A stretch of 64,000 nucleotides of DNA from Macrostomum lignano (Eukaryota), in assembly GCA_002269645.1 (NCBI GenBank), contig NIVC01000225.1:222678-286677 (forward strand). The letters run 5' to 3'. Made by a program: the position numbers and the translations under genes. The notes beneath the pieces were generated by a model. The model had not been told where the DNA came from and searched no databases. It saw only the letters and a list, made by a program, of their open reading frames with translations. Shown here in pieces: positions 13,799 through 25,874 of this stretch (position 1 is its first letter; each line of letters begins with the position of its first letter).

Positions 13799-14160
13799 GT
13801 GACCAACTGAGTGACCAACTGAGTGACCAACTGAGTGACCAACTGAGTGACCAACTGAGTGACCAACTGAGTGACCAACTGAGTGACCAACTGAGTGACC
13901 AACTGAGTGACCAACTGAGTGACCAACTGAGTGACCAACTGAGTGACCAACTGAGTGACCAACTGAGTGACCAACTGAGTGACCAACTGAGTGACCAACT
14001 GAGTGACCAACTGAGTGACCAACTGAGTGACCAACTGAGTGACCAACTGAGTGACCAACTGAGTGACCAACTGAGTGACCAACTGAGTGACCAACTGAGT
14101 GACCAACTGAGTGACCAACTGACCAACTGAGTGACCAACTGAGTGACCAACTGAGTGACC
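13785..14160. repeat. 12-bp repeat (gagtgaccaact)n overlapping the ILP3 stop codon and 3' UTR
   Basis: About 31 units; the first unit supplies GTG ACC AAC TGA. Confidence 0.95.
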
Positions 14161-14529
14161 GCTAAATTAACTAAGCTGTCACTGCTACACTGGAGACAAA
14201 TTCAAAACACATTAAACCCTTGCGAACTGCAAGATAACAAAATAAAACAATCTCAAGTCGAGTCCCACTCAAGGGTAACCAAGCGGCTCCGCTGGACCGC
14301 GTTGCACCGACTTTGCCGATTCGAAAAAACACTTTTCGAAGGCTTCTTGGCTTCTTCGTTTTAAATCCCAAAATATGAACCGATTGTTCTCTCTAGTGTC
14401 CGCCACGGGCTGGGGAAGTCTTACAGAGCAGATTTTCTCTGAGGGTTGTGGCAGTCCGGCAGGGATAAAACTGCACTGAGTAAACTGTGGAAGCCCGGCT
14501 GTTCTGCCTGAACTTCATGGGGCAGTGCA

Positions 14530-14770
14530 ATGGGAATTTTGATCGGTGGAGACAGATTGATGGGGATTTTGATCGGTAGGGACAGTGGGATGGGGATTTT
14601 GATCGGTAGGGACAGTGGGATGGGGATTTTGATCGGTAGGGACAGTGGGATGTGGATTTTGATCGGTAGGGACAGTGGGATGGGGATTTTGATCAGTAGG
14701 GACAGTGGGATGTGGATTTTGATCGGTAGGGACAGTGGGATGGGGATTTTGATCGGTAGGGACAGTGGGA
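14530..14770. repeat. 30-bp minisatellite
   Basis: atggggattttgatcggtagggacagtggg x ~8. Confidence 0.93.
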
Positions 14771-15204
14771 GCCTGGGACAATTGCAAAATTCATCTGCAG
14801 TCAGCTCCATGAAAGCAGACAAAAACTTTGAACTCACTGAAGACGAGAAAGCCTCATGAGGTTTAGCAGCTCATATTTCAGTCACAGATGTCTGCAGAGC
14901 TCAGGTGCGACTGCGGCTGCGGCGCAAGGGAGGGCAGGCAGCCTGGTGCTCAGCATCGGATGCCAGCTGCTGACTCGGCAGCTCAGGCTCCCCATCAGCG
15001 GGGATCTGACTTCTGAAAGCCGACACCTCCGGCAGAGCAGCTGCGTCAGTCAGCGGCCCCCCACCTCCAGTTCCAGTTGCCTGCCGCAGCAACGCGCAGC
15101 TCTGCTTTCAGAAGAAAGCAAACCGGGATTGACAGAATTGCTGCTTCTGAATAAATCTGACAGCGGGACAGCTGAAAGTTTGGGCAAGATCTGGGTCCGA
15201 GTGG

Positions 15205-15735
15205 GCGCCAGCTTCAGAAGGGCGCCAGCTACAGAGAGGCGCCAGCTACAGAGAGGCGCCAGCTATAGAGGAGGCGCCAGCTACAGAGGGGCGCCAGCTA
15301 CAGAGAGGCGCCAGCTACAGAGAGGCGCCAGCTACAGAGAGGCGCCAGCTACAGAGAGGCGCCAGCTACAGAGAGGCGCCAGCTACAGAGGGGCGCCAGC
15401 TACAGAGGGGCGCCAGCTACAGAGAGGCGCCAGCTACAGCTACAGAAGGGCGCCAGCTCTACAGAAGGGCGCCAGCTACAGAGAGGCGCCAGCTACAGAG
15501 AGGCGCCAGCTACAGAAGGGCGCCAGCTCTACAGAAGGGCGCCAGCTACAGAGAGGCGCCAGCTACAGAAGGGCGCCAGCTACAGAAGGGCGCCAGCTCT
15601 ACAGAAGGGCGCCAGCTACAGAGAGGCGCCAGCTACAGAAGGGCGCCAGCTACAGAAGGGCGCCAGCTACAGAGAGGCGCCAGCTACAGAAGGGCGCCAG
15701 CTACAGAAGGGCGCCAGCTACAGAGAGGCGCACGC
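15205..15735. repeat. ~17-bp minisatellite (ggcgccagctacagaga)
   Basis: Degenerate tandem array. Confidence 0.92.
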
Positions 15736-15929
15736 TACAACTAGTTTGACACAGAATCAAGGTAAACTCACGGAATATTTGCGCCTCAAATATTGATATT
15801 TAATCCCAACTGGATGCGGTATTTTTCTTGTTCCTAAAAAAAACTCTGGGGTTGCCGGTGCTGATATCGAGTTTTTCCAGACAGCAGGGACTGACAACAG
15901 CCTGGTGACGCGGGCAGGCAGCAGGCCAG

Positions 15930-16295
15930 TCTGTGCAAAATCAATCTGAGCGCTTGTGCCAGTGTGTGCAAAATCAATCTGCGCGCTTGTGCCAGTGTGT
16001 GCAAATCAATCTGCGCGCTTGTACCAGTGTGTGCAAATCAATCTGCGCGCTTGTGCCAGTGTGTGCAAAATCAATCTGCGCGCTTGTGCCAGTGTGTGCA
16101 AATCAATCTGCGCGCTTGTACCAGTGTGTGCAAAATCAATCTGCGCGCTTGTGCCAGTGTGTGCAAAATCAATCTGCACGCTTGTGCCAGTGTGTGCAAA
16201 ATCAATCTGCGCGCTTGTGCCAGTGTGTGCAAAATCAATCTGCGCGCTTGTGCCAGTGTGTGCAAAATCAATCTGCGCGCTTGTGCCAGTGTGTG
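15930..16295. repeat. ~33-bp minisatellite (gtgtgcaaaatcaatctgcgcgcttgtgccagt)
   Basis: About 11 units. Confidence 0.93.
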
Positions 16296-16499
16296 AGCTT
16301 AGCAAAATGACTGCAGACTCAAATTGCGCGCTTCTGTCATGCGTTCTGAGTCAGGCGTCCCGCACCATCCGTCCCGATTTATAGGGGACATTTCTTCGGC
16401 TTGCAACGCAAGAACTTTTAAAGCAGTTAAGATCCTCTCTGCATAAGCTTTAGGAGAATTTATGATCAATTTGACGCAAACAGATATGGTCGACGAGCT

Positions 16500-16690
16500 G
16501 ATGAAATTTGGAGGCTTGGCAAGGCCGCACTGAGGTGCAGTGCTGATTGGCGCACAGGGGTGTACTGAATACACTAGAGCTTATGGGAAAAATCCGACCT
16601 ACTGGCAGAACCCTTGATTATCTTGACGGTCCGGAGGGTTGGCGACTTGTGTGCCTGCATTGCTCCGTTCCGGCGCAGCAAAAGAATTGC
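16500..16690 (+). repeat. Dispersed repeat, related to 52508-52745 and its mirror ~55495-55732
   Basis: Shared stretches atgaaatttggaggcttggcaagg...tgctgattggcgcacagg...tgtactgaatacact...aatccgacct and gctccgttccggcgcagc, with scattered differences. Confidence 0.75.
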
Positions 16691-17499
16691 CCTGGTAGAT
16701 CAACCAGCAATTGCTTAGGTTCAGTCACCAGCCAGTGAACAGGTGACTCGCGCAGACGGTCTGTCAATTTTATTTGATTTATTAAATTTACTGTGCGCAG
16801 ACGCGTGGATGATGAGGGAGGCTGAGAATTAGGCAGAGGTGCTCAGGCATGAGCTGGATTGCGCAACAGGCGATTGGCTCGGCTTTAACGATCGCATTTC
16901 ATACTGAAACATTATTATAAATAATAAGTTTATATATGCTACTAAAAGCTGTCTTGCACAATAAATTATGTTAATAACAGCGGCACGCGGGGCACACAGC
17001 CACAGGGAACTCGGGAATGTACTTTTGAGCCAGACTGGCGGCACAGTGTATAATGAATAAAGTATAATGAACGTTAATAAACTCGGGCTGGAATGTTGAC
17101 AGCATAATGTACTGTAAAACTTATCATAATAGCAACAGTGGTGGCGTCTCAGTGCCCATGGAAATTTCGTAACGCACGCGTCCATAGCAACCATTTCTCA
17201 ATAAATCTAAATAGAAGCGGGGCGGACCCGATGCGGTTGGTAGAAAAAGTGCGCGTATTAAAACAAAAAACAGTTAAAAACCAAAATGTTCGAATCATTC
17301 AGGGCGAGAGTTTATGTACAAGTATGCAGAGCCAACCGCATCCCGGCATGCTGGGTGGACAAGCAATTGCTTTACTCCTCAATAATCCTCTCAGACAACA
17401 GACTAATAACTAACAATAAAATTAGACTTGTATAAAATAACCCTACAGTTACACAAGACGTTTGCACAGCTTCCAGTCTACATAACAGAATCTTCTTCA

Positions 17500-17735
17500 G
17501 TAGCATACTACTTCCGGTTCAGTAGTGTACTACTTCCGGTTCAACAGTGTACTACTTCCGGTTTAGTAGTGTGCTACTTCCGGCTCAGTAGTGTACTACT
17601 TCCGGTTCAATAGTGTACTACTTCCGGTTTAGTAGTGTGCTACTTCCGGTTCAGTAGTGTACTACTTCCGGTCCAGTATTATACTACTTTCGGTTCAATA
17701 AGTATACTACTTCCGGTTCAGTAGTATACTACCTC
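17500..17735. repeat. ~22-bp minisatellite (agtagtgtactacttccggttc)
   Basis: About 10 degenerate units downstream of the ATPase stop. Confidence 0.88.
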
Positions 17736-17939
17736 TAATTCACTAGTCCAATGCTTCCGTTTCGGTAGCACGTGCTACTTCCGGCTTATTGTTTACAGCA
17801 CTTCCGGCAGAATTAGCATACTACTCTATATCCAACACAAATACATTGTTTTCCAATTGAACAGTTAAAAATTCACTATAATTCACAGACAGACGCAGCT
17901 AAAATGATTAGCAGAGAAGAGTTCACAGCAGGAAGTGTC

Positions 17940-20900
17940 TTAGAAGCTTTCCAGAAAATCCAGCCAGTTGTTCTTCACCCCGGATGGCCTCAGCCGGAGC
18001 ACCAGTTTCCTGATCTCGTCGTACATGAGGATGAGGAAGCCGAAGGGCATTGCGGGCAGCCACCAGGTGAAGCGGAGGGGCTGCATCTGCAGGGCCTGGT
18101 TCAGGTAGGGCACGTAGACCATCACGATGGCCAGGCCGGTCTCAAACAGCAGCGAGAAGGACAGGAAATGATTCCACATGCCCTGCTGCAGCAGCGAGTT
18201 GCTGCGGGTCTTGCAGGCCAGCAGGTTGGCCCACTGCATCACCACAATGCTGGCAAAGAAAGCCGAGTGAGCTGTGTACTCCAGGCGCTTGCGCTGGTAA
18301 TAGGACTGCGGGCAGAGCGCAGGGGCTTTGTTTGAGCTTGGATTCTTTTTTTAATACTTCCGGAAAGGTGATAAATTTGGTTACAATTTGGTTACAGTTC
18401 GCATAGCTGCAGATTCCTACCTTTGGTCCAATGCTTACCCTAAATCTACTCCCGGTTCTTTGTAGTTTCCTGCTTCCACTTTGATGTAGTTTCCTACTTC
18501 CGGCCCCATGTAGTTTCCTACTTCCGGTTCCATGTAGTTTCCTACTTCCGGTACCATGTAGTTTCCTACTTCCGGCCCCATGTAGTTTCCTACTTCCGGT
18601 TCCATGTAGTTTCCTACTTCCGGTTCCATGTAGTTTCCTGCTTCCGGTCCCATGTAGTTTCCTAATTCGGGTTCTATGTAGTTTCCTGCTTCCGGTTTCA
18701 TATAGTTTCCTACTTCCGCTTCCATATAGTTTCCTACTTCCGGTCCCATGTAGTTTCCTACTTCCGGCCCCATGTAGTTTCCTACTTCCGGTCCCATGTA
18801 GTTTCCTACTTCCGGTCCCATGTAGTTTCCTACTTCCGGTCTCATGTAGTTTCCTACTTCCGGTCCCATATAGTTTCCTACTTCCGGTCTCATGTAGTTT
18901 CCTACTTCCGGTCTCATGTAGTTTCCTACTTCCGGTCCCATAAAGTTTCCTACTTCCGGTCCCATAAAGTTTCCTACTTCCGGTCCCATATAGTTTCTTA
19001 CTTCCGGTCCCATAAAGTTTCCTACTTCCGGTCCCATATAGTTTCCTACTTCCGGTTCTATATAGTTTCCTATTTCCGGTTGCATATAGTTTCCTACTTC
19101 CGGTTCTATATAATTTCCTATTTCCGGTTGCATATAGTTTTGTGCTTCCGGTTCTGTATAGATGTAGGCGTATATTTTCCAACTTACGGCTCTTAGTTCC
19201 CCACTTTCAGCATAAAGTTCTATCAAAACTGCCTTGTTTCTATTGAGCCTATTGAAAATCCTTAGCCACTTCACACGTACTTAGGGGGTTCAGCAGGTCA
19301 CTTCCGGTTAGCCTACTTCACAGCCGCACTCACCCACTCTTGGCCGTAGCTGTCCTCCAGGTCCACGATGCCCTCGCTGTCCCACACCCGGCGGATGCCG
19401 AACAGCCGGCGCGGCCAGAAGCCGTTCTCGGACAGCACGACGAAGTAGGTGAAGAAGCCGCCGGCCGCCTGCAAGATGCCGATGCGGGCGAAGGCCGAGC
19501 TGAGTAGCCGCTCGCTCACTAGGCGGTCCCGGCGCGGATTCCTGGGATCGCGGCGCATGATGTCGCTTTCAGCCTCCTCGTAGGCCAGGGAGACGGCCGG
19601 GGCCAGGTCGGTGCCGAGGTCGATGCACAGGATGGTGATGGTGCCCAGGGGCAGCGGGATGCTGACCACCAGGAAGGACAGGAAGCAGATGACCTCGGGC
19701 ATGTTGGAGGTCAGCGTGTAGGCGATGGACTTCTTGAGGTTGTCGAACAGGATGCGGCCCTCCTCGATGCCCGTGACGATGGAGGCAAAGTTGTCGTCCG
19801 CCAGCACCATGTCGGCGACCTGCGGCGGCGGTTGGTAAAAAATGGCTGAAGCTCAGATCCCCAATCCCCTAACAGGCTCAGATCCCCTATCCCCTGACAG
19901 GCTCAGATCCCCAATCCCCTGACAGGCTCAGATCCCCAATCACCTGACATGCTCAGATTCCCAATCCCCTGACATGCTCAGATCCCAAATCCCCTGACAG
20001 GCTCAGATCCCCAATCTTCTGACAGGCTCAGATCCCCAATCCCCTGACAGGCTCAGATCCCCAATCCCCTGACAGGCTCAGATCCCAAATCCCCTGACAG
20101 GCTCAGATCCCCAATCTTCTGACAGGCTCAGATCCCCAATCCCCTGACAGGCTCAGATCCCCAATCCCCTGACAGGCTCAGATCCCAAATCCCCTGACAG
20201 GCTCAGATCCCCAATCTTCTGACAGGCTCAGATCCCCAATCCCCTGACAGGCTCAGATCCCCAATCCCCTGACAGGCTCAGATCCCAAATCTTCTGACAG
20301 GCTCAAATCCCCAATCTTCTGACAGGCTCAGATCCCCAATCCCCTGACAGGCTCAGATTCCCAATCCCCTGACAGGCTCAGATCCCCTATCCCCTGACAG
20401 GCTCAGATCCCAAATCCCCTGACAGGCTCAGATCCCAAATCCAATGACAGTCTCAGATTCCCAATCCCCTGACATGCTCTGATCCCCAATCCCCTGACAG
20501 GCTCAGATCCCAAATCCCCTGACAGGCTCAGATCCCCAATCTTCTGACAGGCTCAAATCCCCAATCCCCTGACAGGCTCAGATCCCCAATCCCCTGACAG
20601 GCTTAGATCCCAAATCCCCTGACAGGCTCAGATCCCCAATCCCCTGACAGGCTCAAATCCCCAATCCCCTGACAGGCTCAGATTCCCAATCTCCTGACAG
20701 GCTCAGATCCCCAATCCCCTGACAGGCTCAGATTCCCAATCCCTGACATGCTCAGATCCCCAATCCCCTGACATGCTCAGATTCCCAATCCCCTGACATG
20801 CTCAGATCCCAAATCCCCTGACAGGCTCAGATCCCCAATCCCCTGACAGGCTCAGATCCCAAATCCAATGACAGTCTCAGATCCCCAATCCCCTGACAGG

Positions 20901-23900
20901 CTCAGATCTCCAATCCCCTGACAGGCTAAGATGCCCAATCCCCTGACAGGCTCAGATCCCAAATCCAATGACAGTCTCAGATCCCCAATCCCCTGACAGG
21001 CTCAAATCCCCAATCCCCTGACAGGCTCAGATTCCCAATCTTCTGACAGGCTCAGATCCCCAATCCCCTGACAGGCTCAGATCCCCAATCTCCTGTCAGG
21101 CGCAGATCCCCAATCCCCCGACAGGCTCAGATCCCCAATCTCCTGTCAGGCGCAGATCCCCAATCCCCCGACAGGCTCAGATCCCAAATCCCCTGACAGG
21201 CTCACCTGCTTGCTGATGTCGCTGCCCGCCAGGCCCATGGCGATGCCGATGTCCGCCTGCCTGAGCGCCGGCGAGTCGCTCACGCCGTCGCCAGTGACCG
21301 CCACCACGTGACCCAGGCGCTGGCAGCTCTCCACAATGACCAGCTTCTGCTGCGGGGTGGTCCTGGCGAACACGAGCTCCCGGTGAGTGCGCACCAGCTC
21401 GTCCAGCTGGCCGCTGGTCATCTCGGCCAGGTCGGAGCCGTGAACCACGCAGGCGTCGGCCTCCCGCGGGTCCACGTGGGACGGGTCGACGCCGCGCTCC
21501 AGTGCGATGTCCTCCGCCGTCTTGCTGCGGCTGCTAATGATGTCCACGTGGCGGGCGATGGCCTTCGCCGTGATTGGGTGGTCGCCCGTCACCATGATGA
21601 CCTGGACAGGTGGCGGTGAGATTCGGATGGGCAGTGGCTGAGATTCGGGTGAGACAGTGGCTGAGATTCGGGTGAGCAGTGGCTGAGATTCGGGTGAGCA
21701 ATGGCTGAGATTCGGGTGGGCAGTGGCTGAGATTTGGGTGAGATAGTGGCTGAGATTCGGGTGAGCAGTGACTGAGATTTTGGTGAGCAGTGGCTGAGAT
21801 TCGGGTGAGCAGTGGCTGAGATTCGGGTGAGCAGTGGCTGAAATTCGCGAGATTCGGGAAAAGCTAGCATGTCACGCTAGCAACTGCCTACTTATAAGTA
21901 GCAAAACACGAGCACGAACAGAAAAGTTCATCCCTGCGCTCTCCCAGCTCCTCACCTTGATGCCTGCGGAGCGGCACTTCTGCACGGCGTCCGGCACGGA
22001 AGCCCTGGGCGGGTCAATCATGGAGATGAGGCCGAGAAACCGGAGCCCCATGAGCGGGAAGTTCACCTCCTCGGCGTTGAACTCGTATCGCTCGTCGAAT
22101 TCGTCGGCGGACAGGCGGAGGTCGCAGAAGCCGAGGACCCGCTCGCCCTGGCCGCCCAGCTCGTTGTAGGCGGCGAGAAAGGAGCGGCGCCACTGGTCGG
22201 AGGTCTGCACCTCGCGGCCGTCAACCAGCAGGTGCGAGCATCTGTCAAAGATGATCTCCGGAGCGCCCTTCATCACCAGTAGGAAGTTGGAGCCGCGCTC
22301 CCGCATCACGTGCACGGAGGCCTGGGGCGAGGCGGAGGGGTGAAGAGGCACTTCCGGTGAATATTCTTGCTTAGAGTGAAAAGTCAATACTAAGTCACTT
22401 CCAATCCAATATTCTAGTCACTTCCGGTTTCGATGGAAAAGGCAATCCAATAGTCTAGTCACTTTGGTTTAGAGGGAAAAGGCAATCCAATAGTCTAGTC
22501 ACTTCCGGTTTAGAGGGAAAAGGCAATCCAATAGTCTAGTCACTTTGGTTTAGAGGGAAAAGGCAATCCAATAGTCTAGTCACTTCCGGTTTAGAGGGAA
22601 AAGGCAATCCAATAGTCTAGTCACTTCCGGTTTAGAGGGAAAAGGCAATCCAATAGTCTAGTCACTTCCGGTTTAGAGGGAAAAGGCAATCCAATAGTCT
22701 AGTCACTTCCGGTTTAGATGGAAAAGGCAATCCAATAGTCTAGTCACTTCCGGTTTAGAGGGAAAAGGCAATCCAATAGTCTAGTCACTTTGGTTTAGAG
22801 GGAAAAGGCAATCCAATAGTCTAGTCACTTCCGGTTTAGATGGAAAAGGCAATCCAATAGTCTAGTCACTTCCGGTTTAGATGGAAAAGGCAATCCAATA
22901 GTCTAGTCACTTCCGGTTTAGATGGAAAAGGCAATCCAATAGTCTAGTCACTTCCGGTTTAGATGGAAAAGGCAATCCAATAGTCTAGTCACTTCCGGTT
23001 TAGATGGAAAAGGCAATCCAATAGTCTAGTCACTTCCGGTTTAGATGGAAAAGGCAATCCAATAGTCTAGTCACTTCCGGTTTAGAGGGAAAAGGCAATC
23101 CAATAGTCTAGTCACTTCCGGTTTAGAGGGAAAAGGCAATCCAATAGTCTAGTCACTTCCGGTTTAGATGGAAAAGGCAATCCAATAGTCTAGTCACTTC
23201 TCGCCTCACCTGGAATTTGTTGGCGCTGCTGAACGGAACCTCGCAAATCTTGGGATGTTGGCGCCGGAACTCCGGCACGCCGCCCACGCACCACTCCATG
23301 TACTTGAGCAGCGCGGACTCGGAAGCGTCGCCAATGCAGTCCCGCTGCAGAATCGGCTTTTCCTCTTCGCCGGCTTTGAACTCCGCCCGGCTGCACAGCA
23401 TGGCGCACCGGCTGAGGGCTACCCAGTCAGGGGACTGCGGAGGCGCCGGGGCCGCGCCTTCGCCCATCTGGACCTCCGCGATGCGGCCGCTCTGCCAGGT
23501 GTGCGTCACCGTCATCCGGTTCATTGTCAGCGTGCCTGGCGGGGGCGGCATGTGGTTTTTTAGTTGAACTCAAGTCTGTTGCTAGGCAGTTGCTATGTGG
23601 TTTTTTAGGTGAACTCAAGTCTGTTACTAGGCAGTTGCTATGTGGTTTTTTAGGTGAACTCAAGTCTGTTGCTAGGCATTTACTATGTGGTTTTTAGGTG
23701 AACTCAAGTCTGTTGCTAGGCGGTTGCTACGCGGTTTTACACCCTCAATAGTCTAGCAATCCCGTTCGCCATCGCTCCCACGCCAGACTCACCGGTCTTG
23801 TCCGAGCAGATGACGCTGGTGGCGCCCAGAGTTTCCACAGCCTCCAGGTTGCGGACGAAGCAGTTCTTCGAGGCCATGCGCTGGGCGGTGAGGGTCAGGC

Positions 23901-25333
23901 AGACGGTGACGGTGGCCAGGAGGCCCTCCGGGATGTTGGCCACGATGATGCCGATGAGGAAGATGATGGAGTCCAGCCAGTCGTACTGCATAGCGAAGGA
24001 GGCGATGAAGAAGGCGGCGCCCATCAGCACGGCGATGACGGTGACGATGTTGATGAAGCGCTCGATTTCCCGGCCGATGGGGGTCTGGCGGGCGTCCAGC
24101 CCGGAGGCCAAGTTGGCGATGCGCCCGATGAGGGTGGCGTCACCAGTGCGGATCACAATGCCGATGCAGTTGCCTGGTGGGGGTGGTGAAATTCCAGCTC
24201 AGGCTCATGTGCTCAATCGCAGCGGGTCTGAAGACAGTGGGATAAAATCCCCATCTCAGGTGCCTCTCTCCCTGAAGCCAGTGGGATAAAATCCCCATCT
24301 CAGGTGCACACTCCCTGAAGCCAGTGGAATAAAATCCCCATCTCAGGTGCACACTCCCTGAAGCCAGTGGGATAAAATTCCCATCTCAGGTGCTCACTCC
24401 CTGAAGCCAGTGGGATAAAATTCCCATCTCAGGTGCTCACTCCCTGAAGCCAGTGGGATAAAATTCCCATCTCAGGTGCTCACTCCCTGAAGCCAGTGGA
24501 ATAAAATTCCCATCTCAGGTGCTCACTCCCTGAAGCCAGTGGGATGAAATCCCCATTTCAGATGCTCACTCCCAGCGGGTTTGACGCCACAAAGGATAAA
24601 ATCCCCATTCTTGGGCACTTACCCTCAACAGCGTAGGTAGAGAAGAACGCCAGGTTCTCTGTCTCCAGCGGGTTCTCGCTAGTGTACTCCCTGGAGCGCA
24701 CCTGGGGATCGGACTCGCCAGTCAGACAGGAGTTGTCCACCTTGAAGCGCTGCGCATTGATGATGCGGACATCGGCTGGCACCTGGTCACCGGCGTTGAT
24801 CTCGACGATGTCACCGCGGACGAGTTTGGAAGTGAGGACGCGGCGCTTCTCGCCGTCGCGCAGCACGAGCGCCTGCTGGGGCAGGCTCTCCTTGAACTTG
24901 TCGATGATCTGGGCGGACTGGTGCTCCTGCGGCGGACGGCGGAGTGACAGATTTGTGACTCTGGGCGCGTCGCACATTCTTTATTTAACACAACTAACTG
25001 ACTGACTGACTGACTGACTGACTGACTGACTGACTGACTGACTGACTGACTGACTGACTGACTGACTGACTGACTGACTGACTGACTGACTGACTGACTG
25101 ACTGACTGACTGACTGACTGACTGACTGACTGACTGACTGACTGACTGACTAACTGACTGACTGACTGACTGACTGACTGACTGACTGACTGACTGACTG
25201 ACTGACTGACTGACTGACTGACTGACTGACTGACTGACTGACTGACTGACTGACTGACTGACTAACTAACTAACTAACTAACTGACTGAATAACTAAGTA
25301 ACTAACTAACTAATTTAACTAACTAAATAACTG

Positions 25334-25402
<69 letters not shown>

Positions 25403-25713
25403 ATATCTAACTATCTAACAACTTAGTAACTGACTGAGAAAACTAAATAATAACTTTTGACTTGGGAAAGATTAGCCAGAATTCGAAACCGGCCTTTCAA
25501 CACTTGGCGTCAAGCAAAAAGGCGCTTAACTCGAAATTCAGGTGCTGCCCAGTCCGAATTCGAATGTCTGTGGCCAGGGCTGCAGCAGTGAGAAGGGCCG
25601 CCGCTAATCCCAGTCCATCAAGTCTCCGCGGCGTTAATTCTCCATTAGTGGCGAGTCGCACCTGTCTTTGGGGCGCCCGTCAGCCATGTCAGCCTCGGCA
25701 GACTGACTGACTG

Positions 25714-25781
<68 letters not shown>

Positions 25782-25782
25782 G

Positions 25783-25874
<92 letters not shown>

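Noticed and set aside
18142-19274. EVGNYMGP and GSRKLYGT ORFs as extra ATPase exons
   Set aside because: 24-bp minisatellite. Exons 8 and 9 join directly in phase 0 (GQEW|SYYQRK) to give the canonical sequence.
5290-24575. Regular 32-45 bp repeats as CRISPR arrays
   Set aside because: Head-to-tail units with no unique spacers, no cas genes, and a eukaryotic intron context.
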